A stretch of 64,000 nt of DNA, taken from positions 18,435 to 82,434 of the forward strand of contig CACAXN010000003.1 in the NCBI GenBank assembly GCA_902536455.1, written 5' to 3'. Position 1 is the stretch's first letter. Each line of letters opens with the position of its first letter. The notes below the pieces were generated by a model. The model saw nothing but the letters and a program-made list of their open reading frames with translations, searched no databases and had not been told where the DNA came from. Positions 1 through 11,568 of the stretch are shown one piece after another. This stretch comes from an uncultured Prochlorococcus sp. Its GTDB lineage: Bacteria > Cyanobacteriota > Cyanobacteriia > PCC-6307 > Cyanobiaceae. Made by a program: the position numbers and the translations under genes.

Positions 1-167
1 GAAGCTGAGCAAATAGTTGTTTGAGCGCTATCGTCTATAACTTGGGCATAAATATGGTTATTAGAACGAAAAACAGACAACCTTGGACGTGTTGCATCTC
101 CAATTAAGAATCTCCTTAATCTTCTATGTCTTTTTTGGGTTTGTAATTTCTTGGAAAGTTTGGTCAT
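1..167 (-). CDS. rplR: 50S ribosomal protein L18 (truncated by window edge)
   Basis: Manual translation from ATG at 167: [19 protein letters not shown]...[20 protein letters not shown]; follows rplF. Confidence 0.95.
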   Translation of the reverse strand, partial: MTKLSKKLQTQKRHRRLRRFLIGDATRPRLSVFRSNNHIYAQVIDDSAQTTICSA

Positions 168-182
168 TTTTTTTAATTGAAA

Positions 183-722
183 TTATTTTTTGCCAGATTT
201 ACCAGCTTTTCTGAGAATTCTCTCATCATGGTATTTAATTCCTTTACCTTTATATGGCTCTGGAGGTCTAATTGATCTGATTTTTGCTGCTTCATTACCA
301 ACAATTTCTTTATCAATTCCAGATACGGTAACGTTTGTATTACTCTCAACTTTGTATGTTATACCATCAGGGGGGGTCATTTCTACAGGATGACTATATC
401 CTGCACTTACAACAAGATTTTTACCTTTAACTTGTGCTCTTGATCCAACGCCAACAATTTCTAGTTTCTTTGAAAAACCTTGAGTAACCCCTTCAACCAT
501 ATTTGCAATTAAGGCTCTACATAAACCATGTCTTTGCCTTGAATATATTTTTGCTGTAGTAGGACTTACGACAACAGTATTATCCTTCTTATCAAAACTA
601 ACTCCCTCAGGCATGAGACGTTTTAACTCGCCCTTTGGGCCTTTCACTGTAACTGTTAATCCATCAAAATCAACTGTAACTTTATCTGGAATAATTACTG
701 GTGTTTTTCCGATTCTTGACAT
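183..722 (-). CDS. rplF: 50S ribosomal protein L6
   Basis: MSRIGK N-terminus, [11 protein letters not shown] motif. Confidence 0.98.
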   Translation of the reverse strand: MSRIGKTPVIIPDKVTVDFDGLTVTVKGPKGELKRLMPEGVSFDKKDNTVVVSPTTAKIYSRQRHGLCRALIANMVEGVTQGFSKKLEIVGVGSRAQVKGKNLVVSAGYSHPVEMTPPDGITYKVESNTNVTVSGIDKEIVGNEAAKIRSIRPPEPYKGKGIKYHDERILRKAGKSGKK

Positions 723-734
723 AATTAATTCTCC

Positions 735-1136
735 TTAGTAAACATAGCAGAGGATTTCACCACCAATGCCTTGCTTTCTAGCATCGCGATCACTCATGAC
801 GCCTTTAGAAGTTGATATTATGGCAACTCCAAGACCTCCAAGGACTTTTGGTAAACCTCTAGTATTTTTATAAATTCTCAAACCAGGTTTACTAACTCTT
901 TGCAAAGATCGAATAGTAGGAAATTTGTTTTTACCACTATATTTGAGGCCGAGTATTATTTGTGATTTATAACCTTCACCTTCCTCATTAATGTTAGAAA
1001 TGAACCCCTCTTTTTGAAGTACTTTAGCGATACTTAAGGACATTTTTGAACCTGGGATTGTTGTGGTTGTATGCTTTTTTTGACTCGCATTTCTAATTCG
1101 AGTTAGCATATCTGAAATAGGATCGTGATTTGACAT
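735..1136 (-). CDS. rpsH: 30S ribosomal protein S8
   Basis: [28 protein letters not shown]. Confidence 0.98.
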   Translation of the reverse strand: MSNHDPISDMLTRIRNASQKKHTTTTIPGSKMSLSIAKVLQKEGFISNINEEGEGYKSQIILGLKYSGKNKFPTIRSLQRVSKPGLRIYKNTRGLPKVLGGLGVAIISTSKGVMSDRDARKQGIGGEILCYVY

Positions 1137-1145
1137 AGTTTTAAT

Positions 1146-1685
1146 TTAATTCTTACTAAAAGGCATTCCTAACTCCTGCAAAAGAGCCTTACCTTCTTGA
1201 TCTGATTTTGCACTAGTGACAATAGTTATATCCATACCTCTTATTGAATCTATTTTATCAAAAGAGATTTCAGGAAAAATTAATTGCTCTTTTACTCCAA
1301 CGGTGTAATTCCCTCTCCCATCAAAACTTTTTGGATTAACTCCTCTAAAGTCTCTTATTCTTGGTAAAGCTAGATTTATAAATCTCTCCAAAAAGAAATA
1401 CATCCTGTCCCCTCTCAAAGTTACAGTACAACCAATCGGCATGCCCTCACGAATTTTAAAACCCGCGATAGCTTTTTTAGCCCTTGTTACTAGGGCCTTT
1501 TGTCCCGTAATTGTTGCCATTTCGTTTAAAGAGGCTTCTAGAGCTTTCGAGTTTGAAGCTGCCTCACCAAGACCTCTGTTAACGTTGACTTTGACAACTT
1601 TAGGTACTTGATGAATATTTTTAAGACCAAGGTCTTTTAGAAGTTTTGGTCTTATTGATTCTTTGTAGCGATTTTTTAGAGTCAT
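1146..1685 (-). CDS. rplE: 50S ribosomal protein L5
   Basis: [21 protein letters not shown]. Confidence 0.98.
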   Translation of the reverse strand: MTLKNRYKESIRPKLLKDLGLKNIHQVPKVVKVNVNRGLGEAASNSKALEASLNEMATITGQKALVTRAKKAIAGFKIREGMPIGCTVTLRGDRMYFFLERFINLALPRIRDFRGVNPKSFDGRGNYTVGVKEQLIFPEISFDKIDSIRGMDITIVTSAKSDQEGKALLQELGMPFSKN

Positions 1686-1760
1686 AATTTTTTTTTAAAT
1701 TCTGGTCTTTGTCAGAATTGATAAATTAGAAAAAGTTGAAATCTGGTTTTTGATGAAAAA

Positions 1761-2117
1761 TTAATCAATTACTTCACCAGTTTTCTTCAATCTTCTTTTC
1801 TTAACCCCCTCTTTATCAATAAAGTATTCAATCTTACTTGTAAGATTTTTATCCTTTGAAAAGAACATTACATTTGATGCATGTAAAGATGCTTCTTCTG
1901 TAAGTATTCTTCCAGTTTCTCCTTCCTGAGTTGGTTTTACGTGTTTAGTCCTTAGGTTAATTCCCTTAACTACAACTCTATTTTCAAGAGGGATGGTTTT
2001 CAAAACCTCACCAGTTTTCCCTTTGTCCTTGCCGTTAATTACTTTTACCAAATCTCCAGTTTTGATTCTCATTTTTATTCTCTGGAAATTTTTCTTTTGT
2101 TTTAATGAATCCAACAT
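1761..2117 (-). CDS. rplX: 50S ribosomal protein L24
   Basis: KOW motif [16 protein letters not shown]; EASLHASNV. Confidence 0.97.
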   Translation of the reverse strand: MLDSLKQKKNFQRIKMRIKTGDLVKVINGKDKGKTGEVLKTIPLENRVVVKGINLRTKHVKPTQEGETGRILTEEASLHASNVMFFSKDKNLTSKIEYFIDKEGVKKRRLKKTGEVID

Positions 2118-2483
2118 TTAAATCACCTCCGGAGCAAGAGAAACAATCTTTGTATAATTTTTATCCCGCAGTTCTCTAGCTACAGGACCAAAGACTCTAG
2201 TACCTTTTGGATTCTTATCTTCATTAATCAATACTGCAGCATTGTCATCAAATCTAATTGAATTACCAGTATTTCTTCTTAATGTTGCTTTAGTTCTGAC
2301 TATAACAGCTTTAACAACTTCAGATTTCTTAACCCCCATATTAGGAAGAGCATCTTTTACAGTTGCTACGATTACATCTCCAACATGTGCATACCTTCTA
2401 TTTGAGCCTAAAACCCTAATACATTGGAGTCTTTTCGCACCGCTGTTATCAGCAACTGTTAAATAAGTTTCTTGTTGAATCAT
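2118..2483 (-). CDS. rplN: 50S ribosomal protein L14
   Basis: [21 protein letters not shown]. Confidence 0.98.
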
Positions 2484-2746
2484 TTTTTAACCTCCTTAGC
2501 CTGACTTGTTTTGTTGAGAATCTCTTCTATTGCCCATCTTTTATGAGCACTAAGTGGTCTAGTTTCTTTAATTTTCACTCGATCACCTAAAACACATGTA
2601 TTTTCGGGATCATGCGCCTTGTATCGTGTAGTTCTACTTACAATTTTTTTATAAGTGGGATGTGGATATCTGTTAATAACAGCAACAACTACCGTTTTGT
2701 CCATTTTGTCGCTGACAACAGTACCAATTCTTTCTTTAAGTGCCAT
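2480..2746 (-). CDS. rpsQ: 30S ribosomal protein S17
   Basis: [20 protein letters not shown]. Confidence 0.98.
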
Positions 2747-2755
2747 AACTAATAA

Positions 2756-2974
2756 TTAATCAGAAGTAGTTTTAGAAGCAGATTGACTCTTACTAAGAGT
2801 TAGTAATTGAGCAACTTGTTTCTTGATGATTTTAAATTTATGAGTTTCATTGAGCTGTCTCGTAGCTTGCTTGAATCTCAGGTCAAAAAGATCTTTTCGT
2901 AATTGGTTAATCTTTTCAGTAATTTGATCAGAATTTAATTTTTTCAATTCTTTAAAAGACTCTGAGTTTTTCAT
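2756..2974 (-). CDS. rpmC: 50S ribosomal protein L29
   Basis: [10 protein letters not shown]; position between rplP and rpsQ. Confidence 0.96.
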   Translation of the reverse strand: MKNSESFKELKKLNSDQITEKINQLRKDLFDLRFKQATRQLNETHKFKIIKKQVAQLLTLSKSQSASKTTSD

Positions 2975-3453
2975 TGTTTAACCTCCTCTTGAGAATTTTT
3001 ACTATTTTTTGTATTTTCTTGAGAGGAATTATCTAGATTTTTATCATTCGAGATAAATTTAGTTTTTACAGGAAGTTTGTATTGAGCCAGACGCATAGCT
3101 TCCTTTGCAATTTCCTCAGTGATATCCTCACCACCCATTTCAAAAAGTATTCTTCCAGGTTTTACAACTGCGACCCAAAACTCTGGATTACCTTTACCAG
3201 ACCCCATTCTAGTTTCTGCAGGTCTCATTGTTACAGGTTTATCAGGAAATATTCTTATCCAAATTTGACCACCACGTTTGATATATCTTGTCATAGCTCT
3301 TCTACTTGCTTCAATCTGACGTGCAGTTACCCAGCCACAGTCTTGAGCTTGGAGTGCAAATTGACCGAATGCAATAGTATTACCTTTTGAGGCTACCCCT
3401 CTCATTCTGCCTCTATGTTGTTTACGGAATTTAGTTCGTTTTGGACTAAGCAT
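2971..3453 (-). CDS. rplP: 50S ribosomal protein L16
   Basis: [18 protein letters not shown]; low-complexity C-terminal tail. Confidence 0.98.
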   Translation of the reverse strand: MLSPKRTKFRKQHRGRMRGVASKGNTIAFGQFALQAQDCGWVTARQIEASRRAMTRYIKRGGQIWIRIFPDKPVTMRPAETRMGSGKGNPEFWVAVVKPGRILFEMGGEDITEEIAKEAMRLAQYKLPVKTKFISNDKNLDNSSQENTKNSKNSQEEVKQ

Positions 3454-3464
3454 TTTTATACCTC

Positions 3465-4196
3465 CTATGAATTCTCATTTGAACGATCCTCAAATTGCTG
3501 AGGTCTTCTACTAGCTTTTCTCTTTGGGCTCGCTCCTACAGGGATAGTTTGTTCTTCTTTAGGGAGAACTTCACCTTTGAAAACCCAAACTTTAATGCCT
3601 AGAACACCGTAAGTCGTATTAGCTTCACGTGTTGAATAGTCAATTTCAGCTCTCAAAGTATGTAATGGGACTCTACCTTCTCTAGTCCATTCAGTTCTAG
3701 CAATTTCAGCACCATTCAACCTTCCCCCAACTTGAATTTTAAGACCTAAGACTCCAGCCCTTTGAGCCCTTTGTAAGGCCATCCTTATTGTTCTTCTAAA
3801 GGCAACTCTTTTTTCTAGTTGTTGCGCAATATATTCAGCTAGTAAAAAAGCATCAGCATCTACGCGTTCAACTTCAACAACATTTATTCTGACTTGCCTT
3901 GTTCTATCTCCTATAGTTTTTTGGATGCCAGATCTTAATTCTTCAATACCACTTCCTTGTCTTCCAACTATAACTCCTGGTCTTGCTGTTTTTAATTCAA
4001 GTTCAAGTTGATCAGCTTTTCTAGCTATTAAAACATCACTAATTCCCGCTGCCCCATATTTTTTTTGTATGAAAGTGCGAATTTTAAAATCTTCTTGGAG
4101 AAGAATTGGATATGTTTTAGAAGTAGCAAACCACTTAGAGCGATGCTCTTGTGTAATTCCTAATCTCAGTCCAGAAGGATGTATTTTATGTCCCAT
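3465..4196 (-). CDS. rpsC: 30S ribosomal protein S3
   Basis: [27 protein letters not shown]. Confidence 0.98.
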   Translation of the reverse strand: MGHKIHPSGLRLGITQEHRSKWFATSKTYPILLQEDFKIRTFIQKKYGAAGISDVLIARKADQLELELKTARPGVIVGRQGSGIEELRSGIQKTIGDRTRQVRINVVEVERVDADAFLLAEYIAQQLEKRVAFRRTIRMALQRAQRAGVLGLKIQVGGRLNGAEIARTEWTREGRVPLHTLRAEIDYSTREANTTYGVLGIKVWVFKGEVLPKEEQTIPVGASPKRKASRRPQQFEDRSNENS

Positions 4197-4582
4197 TATT
4201 TTTGTACCTCCGCGTTAGTTTGGGTAAGAGTAGATTCTACAGAAATACTGATATGGCAAGTCTGTTTTTTAATTGAAAAAGCTCGACCTTGAGCTCTGGG
4301 CCTATACCTTTTCATTACAGGACCACTATTAGCCCATGCAGAGGAAATCACTAAGGTAGATGGATCCATTCCAAGGTTATGTTCTGCATTGGCAACTGCA
4401 GATCTTAGAACTTTAGTAATAGGGTCTGTAGATCTGTAAGGCATAAATTCCAACATAATCAATGCATCTCTATAAGACCTACCCCTTATCTGATCCAAAA
4501 CTCTTCTCACTTTAGAGGCTGATCCGCGAACATAATTTCCATGTGCAACGGCTGTTTTTTGTGTTTCAGGTGTTTTTGTCAT
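4196..4582 (-). CDS. rplV: 50S ribosomal protein L22
   Basis: [17 protein letters not shown]. Confidence 0.98.
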
Positions 4583-4857
4583 GATTTTGCTCCTTTCTTA
4601 TCTCTTATGTGACCTCGGTAAGTGCGTGTAGGAGCAAATTCACCGAGTTTATGACCAATCATTTGTTCGGTAATAAATACTGGAATGTGAGTCTTGCCAT
4701 TATGTACAGCGATTGTGTGACCGATCATTAAAGGTAAAATCGTAGAGGATCTCGACCAAGTTTTGATAACAGACTTGTCATTATCAGTATTTTGTTTTTC
4801 TACCTTTTTGAGCAAACTATCTGCTATAAAAGGTCCTTTTTTTAGTGAACGTCCCAT
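4579..4857 (-). CDS. rpsS: 30S ribosomal protein S19 (start moved to ATG 4857)
   Basis: [29 protein letters not shown]; the longer ORF start overlaps rplB. Confidence 0.97.
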
Positions 4858-4894
4858 GATTATATAATAGAAATTGTAATGATAGATGAAGTAA

Positions 4895-5758
4895 TCAAGA
4901 GTCTCTTCCTCCTCTACTCCTCTTAGAAATACGACGACGTCTTCGAACAACTAATTTATTACTTGGTTTGTTCTTTTTACGTGTCTTTAATCCAAGAGCT
5001 GGTTTACCCCACGGTGTAACTGGGCCTGCTCTACCAATTGGTGCTTTTCCCTCTCCTCCTCCATGTGGATGATCACATGGGTTCATTACACTACCTCTTA
5101 CTTGAGGCCTTCTTCCAAGCCATCTTCTTCTTCCTGCTTTACCTAGACTAGTATTTCTAATTTCAGAATTACCAACTTCTCCAAGAGTTGCATAGCATTC
5201 TTTTCTTACGAGTCTTACCTCGGTAGATGGAAGTTTTAAAGCAACATAATCTCCCTCTTTAGCCATAACTTGAGCACTAGCTCCTGCGGATCTAACCATT
5301 TGAGCACCTCTACCCGCATATAACTCAACACAATGAACGCTAGACCCTAATGGCATAACAGAAAGTGGCATTGCATTTCCATCTTCAATTGGAACACTTT
5401 CTCCAGATATAACATTTTGTCCGACTTTTACTCCTGCTGGAGCGATAATATATCTTTTTTCCCCATCTTCGTAGAATAAAAGTGCCAACCTTGCATTTCT
5501 ATGAGGATCGTAGTGTATAGCTGCAACCTTAGCGTTAATGTTTCTTTTATCTCTTCTAAAGTCGACTAATCTATATTGCCTTTTGTGACCACCTCCACGA
5601 TGACGACAAGTAATAATTCCACGATTATTCCTACCTTTAGCTCTATGTTTTGAAACTATTAGTGATCTTTCAGGTTTTGGACTTGTTATTTCACTAAAGT
5701 CAGTGACTACTCTCTGCCTAGTGCCAGGTGTGTAAGGTTTAAATTTACGGATTGCCAT
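4895..5758 (-). CDS. rplB: 50S ribosomal protein L2
   Basis: [22 protein letters not shown]. Confidence 0.99.
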
Positions 5759-5770
5759 GATTAAAACTCC

Positions 5771-6073
5771 TTAAGATTCTGGAAATAGTTGGATTTTGTC
5801 TCCTTCTGCAAGACGTACAATTGCCTTCTTGACCTGAGAACGTTTACCGGAAAATTTCCCGACTCTTCTTGTTCTCCTAGGAGGATTCATAGTGTTAACT
5901 CCTATGACTTTAACATTGAACAAGACTTCAATAGCTGCCTTTATTTGTGGTTTTGCTGCTCTAGGATCAACTTCAAAAGTATATTGGTTAAGATCTAGTG
6001 CATTTGTAGCTTTCTCAGTAATAACTGGATTTCGTATTACATCGGCTAAACGAGAATCGAATAATTTACTCAT
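5771..6073 (-). CDS. rplW: 50S ribosomal protein L23
   Basis: PVITEKA, KKAIVRL. Confidence 0.97.
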   Translation of the reverse strand: MSKLFDSRLADVIRNPVITEKATNALDLNQYTFEVDPRAAKPQIKAAIEVLFNVKVIGVNTMNPPRRTRRVGKFSGKRSQVKKAIVRLAEGDKIQLFPES

Positions 6074-6702
6074 GATGCATAAACCTCCTGAATTTTATCT
6101 ATCGCTGATTGACCTATTACCAATTTATTAGCATTGAGAATATCAAATACATTTAATTGATCGGCGGCGATTAATTTTACTTTTTCAATATTATTGATAG
6201 ATTTTTTTATGACATCAGACGGACTATCGAGAATAACCAAAACTTTTTCAGTTTTTTGTATACCTAATCGAGCAAGGCCATTGATGATGTCACTTGTTTT
6301 AGGCTGTTTTAGAGTAGATCCAAAATCTTCAACAGCTTTCATATCAGTTACTCTGGACATAAGTGCTGTTCTAAGAGCTAATCTGCGTTCCTTACGATTC
6401 ATATCAAGATTGTAAGAACGTGGCTTCGGTCCAAAAATAATTCCACCACCAGGTCTTAATGGTGTCCTTATTGATCCTTGACGAGCTCTTCCTGTACCTT
6501 TCTGTTTGTATGGTTTTCTACCGCCCCCACGCACTTCAGATCTTGTCAAAGTCGATGCTGTCCCCTGTCTTTTATTTGCTAGCTGCCTAAGGACTGCTCT
6601 ATGGATTAAGTCTGACGAAGAAGTTCCTTTAGCAACTGCTAAATCAAGAGTAACTTTGCCGGATTTTTTGCCATCCCACTTAAGAGTTTCAAGTGTTGTC
6701 AT
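6070..6702 (-). CDS. rplD: 50S ribosomal protein L4
   Basis: [24 protein letters not shown]. Confidence 0.98.
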   Translation of the reverse strand: MTTLETLKWDGKKSGKVTLDLAVAKGTSSSDLIHRAVLRQLANKRQGTASTLTRSEVRGGGRKPYKQKGTGRARQGSIRTPLRPGGGIIFGPKPRSYNLDMNRKERRLALRTALMSRVTDMKAVEDFGSTLKQPKTSDIINGLARLGIQKTEKVLVILDSPSDVIKKSINNIEKVKLIAADQLNVFDILNANKLVIGQSAIDKIQEVYAS

Positions 6703-7352
6703 GATTTTTCACCTCCTTTTTTGCCTACAATATTGTTTGGCTTAATATTGACAATTGAGCCGGGCTTCCCAGGGACTGAACCCTTTACTACAAGTAAATT
6801 TTTCTGATCATCAATTTTCAAAACTAACAAACCTTTAGTAGTTATCTGTTTTCCTCCATATCTTCCTGCCATTCTTTTTCCAGGATAAATTCTGCCTGGA
6901 GTTGTTCCTGCTCCTGTAGATCCAGGAGCTCTATGATTTTTTGAACCGTGACTCATAGGACCTCTGCTAAAACCATGTCTTTTCTGGTAACCAGCAAAAC
7001 CTCTACCCATAGATTTGCCACTAATATCAACTTTTTGACCAACCTCAAAGTTTTTTACAGTTATTTGATTGCCAATTTCATAAGACGAAGTTTCTTCAAC
7101 CCTATATTCTTTCAAATGCTTTAAAAGTTCTTCACCTGATTTCAACAAATGACCCTTTTCAGGTTTACTTATGTGCTTCTCTTTGGACAAGCCATAACCT
7201 ATTTGAACGGCAGTATAACCATCCAAAGCAGTTGTTTTCAATTGGGTGACACGGCAGGGACCAGCCTCAATAAGAGTAACTGGTACCGAATTACCTTTGT
7301 CGTCGAAAAGTTGGGACATGCCCAATTTCTTTCCTAAAATTCCTATAGACAT
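6699..7352 (-). CDS. rplC: 50S ribosomal protein L3
   Basis: [23 protein letters not shown]. Confidence 0.98.
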   Translation of the reverse strand: MSIGILGKKLGMSQLFDDKGNSVPVTLIEAGPCRVTQLKTTALDGYTAVQIGYGLSKEKHISKPEKGHLLKSGEELLKHLKEYRVEETSSYEIGNQITVKNFEVGQKVDISGKSMGRGFAGYQKRHGFSRGPMSHGSKNHRAPGSTGAGTTPGRIYPGKRMAGRYGGKQITTKGLLVLKIDDQKNLLVVKGSVPGKPGSIVNIKPNNIVGKKGGEKS

Positions 7353-7582
7353 AAGACTAAATTAGGCTAGCTCGTAATAATTTTTCAATTACCTAAACCC
7401 TTCAGTTATTAAGGTTAAGTTAATAAAAAAACAATTAATAAGGCTGAGACTTATCTGAAAATAAAGATAGTTTCTCCTGGGATAAACCCACCTGAATTTC
7501 TTAACGAAACGCTAAAAAATGTGAAGTTTTGCAGAGGCTCGGCTAGCTTGCGAGCTTAAAAATTCACTGAGTTACAATTGTA
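7353..7582 (-). promoter_or_regulatory. Long structured 5' leader and putative -10 box of the rplC operon
   Basis: Inverted repeats at 7446-7476 and 7521-7567 (inner GCTCG/CGAGC); TACAAT on the minus strand at 7582-7577. Confidence 0.55.
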
Positions 7583-7632
7583 CATCATCAAGTACCATAA
7601 AATAAAATAAAATAGAAATAAAGGAAATTTTT

Positions 7633-8109
7633 ATGCCATTACTTCTCACAGGGAAAAAGTTTCATAATGATTTAAAAGCTAACAAATGTCTTGCAATCTT
7701 TGCTCCTCTTGAAGGTGGATATGAAACTCGTCTTTTAAGGAGAATGAGGGCCAAGGGCTTTAAAACCTTTATAACCTCAGCAAGAGGGCTTGGAGACCCA
7801 GAAGTCTTCTTGCTCAAATTGCATGGCGTTAGACCGCCTCACCTTGGTCATCAAAGCGTAGGAAGAAATGGTGCGCTCGGGGAAGTTCAACAAGTAATCC
7901 CACAAGCTTCTGAGTTATTTAATGAAAATGATAAAAATAAATTACTTTGGTTATTAGAAGGTCAAGTATTATCTCAATCTGAACTAGAGAGCTTAATAGA
8001 GATTTGCACTAATGATAATAAACTAACGATTGTTATTGAAATGGGGGGTTCAAGAAAACTTGAATGGAAGCCGTTAAGTAATTATATTTTGGATGAATTT
8101 GAAATTTAA
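7633..8109 (+). CDS. ndhN: NAD(P)H-quinone oxidoreductase subunit N
   Basis: [27 protein letters not shown]. Confidence 0.93.
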   Translation: MPLLLTGKKFHNDLKANKCLAIFAPLEGGYETRLLRRMRAKGFKTFITSARGLGDPEVFLLKLHGVRPPHLGHQSVGRNGALGEVQQVIPQASELFNENDKNKLLWLLEGQVLSQSELESLIEICTNDNKLTIVIEMGGSRKLEWKPLSNYILDEFEI

Positions 8110-8114
8110 ATTGT

Positions 8115-9122
8115 TTGATTAACACCAAGAATAAAAAAGATAAATGGATTAAGCTAATTTGTGGTGCCAGTAATGAAGATATTGTTGCCATAGAAGATTT
8201 ATGTGCAATTTATACTGCTGCTGGTGTGGACTACATAGATGTTGCCGCAGAAGAATCCATAGTTCATGCAGCGAAAAAAGGAATCGAGTGGGCAAAAAAA
8301 GTCTTTAAAAACTCTCCTGGATTAATGATCAGCATTAGTGATGGTGATGATATCCACTTTCGTAAAGCAAAATTTGATCCATTAAATTGTCCCCCTAATT
8401 GTCCAAGACCATGCGAAAAAGTATGCCCCACCTTTGCAATTGATAATTCTGGGATTAAAAAGAGTAAATGTTATGGATGTGGAAGATGTTTAAAGAGCTG
8501 CCCCCTAAATCTAATTAGTGAATATGAATATAACTTGTCAAAAGATGACTTGGCATTAACACTGCAAAAAATCAACCCTAATGCAGTAGAAATCCATACA
8601 GAAATTAATCGCCTAAATTCTTTTACAAAAGTTGTAGGTATCCTTAAAAGTTCTGTAACGAAATTAGACAAGATATCTATTAGTTGTGGATTAAATCAAT
8701 CTATCAAAGAAGCACAAGAGCCCAATGATCTTTTGAAAGCTCTTTGGGAAAGATATGAAATTCTGAATGAGCTAAATGTTCCCCTTATTTGGCAGCTAGA
8801 TGGAAGGCCAATGTCGGGAGATCTTGCTCCTACAACAAGTAGAGATGCTGTTAAATTGTTTGAAAAAATCGGTTCAAATCTTCCTCCAGGATTAATTCAA
8901 TTAGCAGGAGGAACAAATGAAAAAACTCATGAATTTTTAAATTCAAACAATCTTCCAGACGGAATAGCATTTGGAAGTGCTGCAAGAAAAATTATGCAGC
9001 CCCTTCTTGAATTTGCTCACAAAAATAACAAAAAACTCTATGAGTACCCTGAAAGAATGGATTTAGCAATCAAAAAAGCTCAGAAATTTCTAGAGCCATG
9101 GAAATCGAGCTCGTTCAAATAA
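8115..9122 (+). CDS. ldpA: Light-dependent period protein LdpA (4Fe-4S protein)
   Basis: KLICGAS, HFRKA, CPPNCPRPCEKVCP, CYGCGRCLKSCP, WQLDGRPMSGD, QLAGGTN. Confidence 0.88.
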   Translation: MINTKNKKDKWIKLICGASNEDIVAIEDLCAIYTAAGVDYIDVAAEESIVHAAKKGIEWAKKVFKNSPGLMISISDGDDIHFRKAKFDPLNCPPNCPRPCEKVCPTFAIDNSGIKKSKCYGCGRCLKSCPLNLISEYEYNLSKDDLALTLQKINPNAVEIHTEINRLNSFTKVVGILKSSVTKLDKISISCGLNQSIKEAQEPNDLLKALWERYEILNELNVPLIWQLDGRPMSGDLAPTTSRDAVKLFEKIGSNLPPGLIQLAGGTNEKTHEFLNSNNLPDGIAFGSAARKIMQPLLEFAHKNNKKLYEYPERMDLAIKKAQKFLEPWKSSSFK

Positions 9123-9216
9123 TTATTTTAATTTTCAAAACCTGTGCCGTGTTAGTAAAAACTTTGTATTTTTTTGATAGAAAAAAATCTTTTAATGTAT
9201 TAAAATGAGAAATCAA

Positions 9217-9288
9217 TGGGCCGTCGCCAAGTGGTAAGGCATCGGGTTTTGGTCTCGACATTCCTAGGTTCGAATCCTAGCGGCCCAG
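9217..9288 (+). tRNA. trnQ: tRNA-Gln(TTG)
   Basis: Acceptor TGGGCCG/CGGCCCA, anticodon arm TCGGG-TTTTGGT-CTCGA, GTTCGAATC T-loop; CCA not encoded. Confidence 0.97.
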
Positions 9289-9304
9289 TTTTAATATCCA
9301 ATTA

Positions 9305-10081
9305 GTGTCTTCTCAAAAAATATTTCTATTTGATTTCGATGGAGTAATAGTCGATGGAATGCAAGAATATTGGCATAGTTCTTTGCTGGCCTGTGAAAAA
9401 TATTTAAATTCACCCTCCATCTATGTTGATCAAGAACTTTATAAAAGAGTACCAAATTCTTTTAAAGAAATTAGGCCTTGGGTTAAATATGGTTGGGAAA
9501 TGATTCTAATTGTTCACGAAATTATAAAAACAGAAAATCCATTAAAAAATCATAATAAAGATGATTTCATTAACAATTATCATCCAAATTGCCAGAAAGT
9601 ATTAAATGAAAATTTTTGGATTGCAGAAGATTTACAAAAAATATTAGATAAGTCTCGAAAGTACCAAATTGAGAAAGATTTCAAATCGTGGGTAAATTTA
9701 CATAATCCATTTTTTGAAATTGTAAATTTTATGAAAGAATTAAGAGAAAGAGGAATAAAAACTGGAGTAATAACAACAAAAGGGAAAATATTTGCAGAAA
9801 AAATTCTTAGACAATTAAATATTTTCCCAGAATTTATTTTTGGTTATGAGTCTGGAACAAAAATCAAAATCGCTGAAAAGCTAACAAAAACCTATGAAAT
9901 TTTAGGCTTTATCGAAGATAGAAAAAAAACTCTAATCGATATTAAACAAAATTCAGCAACTTCTCACATTCAATGCTTCCTAGCTGATTGGGGATATTTA
10001 AAGGGATCAGATAGATATAATTTAAGTCATGAAATCAAATTATTAAAATTAAGCAACCTTGAGGAATTAGTTGCAATTTAA
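9305..10081 (+). CDS. HAD-superfamily hydrolase
   Basis: Motif I FDFDGV, ITTK, FIEDR, LADWGY. Confidence 0.85.
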   Translation: MSSQKIFLFDFDGVIVDGMQEYWHSSLLACEKYLNSPSIYVDQELYKRVPNSFKEIRPWVKYGWEMILIVHEIIKTENPLKNHNKDDFINNYHPNCQKVLNENFWIAEDLQKILDKSRKYQIEKDFKSWVNLHNPFFEIVNFMKELRERGIKTGVITTKGKIFAEKILRQLNIFPEFIFGYESGTKIKIAEKLTKTYEILGFIEDRKKTLIDIKQNSATSHIQCFLADWGYLKGSDRYNLSHEIKLLKLSNLEELVAI

Positions 10082-10095
10082 AGATAATCAGCTAG

Positions 10096-10109
10096 AGTAC
10101 AGATGTACT
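10096..10109. promoter_or_regulatory. Cyanobacterial-type LexA (SOS) box upstream of recA
   Basis: Palindrome AGTACA-GA-TGTACT matching AGTAC-N4-GTACT, 84 nt before recA, overlapping a TACTAT -10-like hexamer. Confidence 0.8.
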
Positions 10110-10193
10110 ATAGTTTGTATTTATGAAGTTTGGTTTAAATAAAAATTTCCAAATTTAGAATAATTACAAGAACTTTAACCGATAAATCAAACA

Positions 10194-11291
10194 ATGAGCC
10201 TTGAAGAAAAGAAAACCACTGAATCAAAAGATAAAGACAAGGCATTAAGTCTCGTCTTAGGTCAAATAGAAAGAAATTTTGGACGCGGATCAATAATGAG
10301 ACTTGGCGACGCATCAAGAATGAAAGTAGAAACAATATCTACTGGAGCGCTAACCTTGGATTTAGCATTAGGAGGAGGCTATCCGAAAGGAAGAGTAGTA
10401 GAAGTTTACGGACCAGAAAGTTCAGGAAAAACTACACTAACTCTTCACGCAATTGCGGAAGTCCAAAAAAATGGAGGAGTAGCTGCATTTGTAGATGCTG
10501 AGCATGCACTCGATCCAGTTTACGCAGCCTCTTTAGGAGTTGACGTTGAAAATTTGTTAGTTTCACAACCAGATACAGGTGAAATGGCTCTAGAAATAGT
10601 TGACCAACTTATAAGATCGAGTGCAGTAGATCTTGTAGTTGTTGACTCAGTGGCGGCACTAACCCCAAGAGCCGAGATAGAAGGAGAGATGGGAGATCAC
10701 GTAATTGGAAGCCAAGCAAGGCTAATGAGCCAAGCAATGAGGAAAATAACAGGAAATATTGGCAAATCTGGATGTACGGTAATATTCCTGAATCAATTAC
10801 GCCTAAAAATTGGAGTTACATACGGCAATCCAGAAACAACCACAGGAGGTAATGCATTAAAATTTTATGCCTCAGTAAGACTTGATATCAGAAGAATTCA
10901 AACTCTTAAAAGAGGTACTGAAGAATATGGCATAAGAGCAAAAGTGAAAGTAGCAAAAAACAAAGTTGCACCACCATTTAGAATTGCAGAGTTTGATATT
11001 CTCTTCGGAAAAGGTATTAGTACAACAGGATGTTTATTAGATTTAGCAGAAGAGACTAATATCATAATAAGGAGAGGTGCTTGGTATAGTTATGAAGGAG
11101 AAAATATTGGGCAAGGAAGAGATAATACAATTATTTGGCTTGATCAAAACTCAGAAATCAGGAATAAAGTAGAATCCATGGTTAAAGGAAAATTAACAGA
11201 AGGGACTGAAGTCAGTTCTAATTCAATGAAAGCATTAAATAGCAATCCTGCTAATACAATCGCTGTTAATGACATAAAAACAGTAGCTTAG
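10194..11291 (+). CDS. recA: Recombinase RecA
   Basis: [31 protein letters not shown]. Confidence 0.99.
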   Translation: MSLEEKKTTESKDKDKALSLVLGQIERNFGRGSIMRLGDASRMKVETISTGALTLDLALGGGYPKGRVVEVYGPESSGKTTLTLHAIAEVQKNGGVAAFVDAEHALDPVYAASLGVDVENLLVSQPDTGEMALEIVDQLIRSSAVDLVVVDSVAALTPRAEIEGEMGDHVIGSQARLMSQAMRKITGNIGKSGCTVIFLNQLRLKIGVTYGNPETTTGGNALKFYASVRLDIRRIQTLKRGTEEYGIRAKVKVAKNKVAPPFRIAEFDILFGKGISTTGCLLDLAEETNIIIRRGAWYSYEGENIGQGRDNTIIWLDQNSEIRNKVESMVKGKLTEGTEVSSNSMKALNSNPANTIAVNDIKTVA

Positions 11292-11293
11292 AT

Positions 11294-11539
11294 TTATAAA
11301 GAATCAGCTAAAGTCCACCACCCTGCAGCAGGGCCAACAAATCTCACTACAATCCATAAGATTACTAACCCTCCGATTCCATACCAACTAGCCTTAATAC
11401 TAAATTTAATTAGGTTATCTCTTTGTTTTATTGTAAAGGGTAACCATTCAAATAATCTTGGAGACTCATCAAATTTAGTTTTAGTATTATTTTTTTTTGG
11501 AGGTAAACCAAGTGTTTTTCGTCTTTTTGCTTCTCCCAT
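11294..11539 (-). CDS. Small cyanobacterial membrane protein (DUF2839-like)
   Basis: MGEAKRR N-terminus, one hydrophobic helix, RFVGPAAGWW. Confidence 0.75.
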   Translation of the reverse strand: MGEAKRRKTLGLPPKKNNTKTKFDESPRLFEWLPFTIKQRDNLIKFSIKASWYGIGGLVILWIVVRFVGPAAGWWTLADSL

Positions 11540-11568
11540 ATTTCTTTAGTTATTTACAAAATCATAAC

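Noticed and set aside
4858-4950. N-terminal extension of S19 in the ORF track
   Set aside because: Overlaps rplB; the conserved S19 start MGRSLKKG is at 4857
190-7337. Several 60-100 aa plus-strand ORFs antisense to ribosomal protein genes
   Set aside because: Shadow ORFs with no motifs, lying opposite conserved genes
1-7352. rpsJ and rpsN absent from the S10/spc block
   Set aside because: Normal cyanobacterial arrangement; these genes lie elsewhere
9217-9304. tRNA genes as possible island integration sites (also at 21920, 36556 and 53393)
   Set aside because: I saw no integrase, no duplicated tRNA 3' end and no foreign-looking cargo
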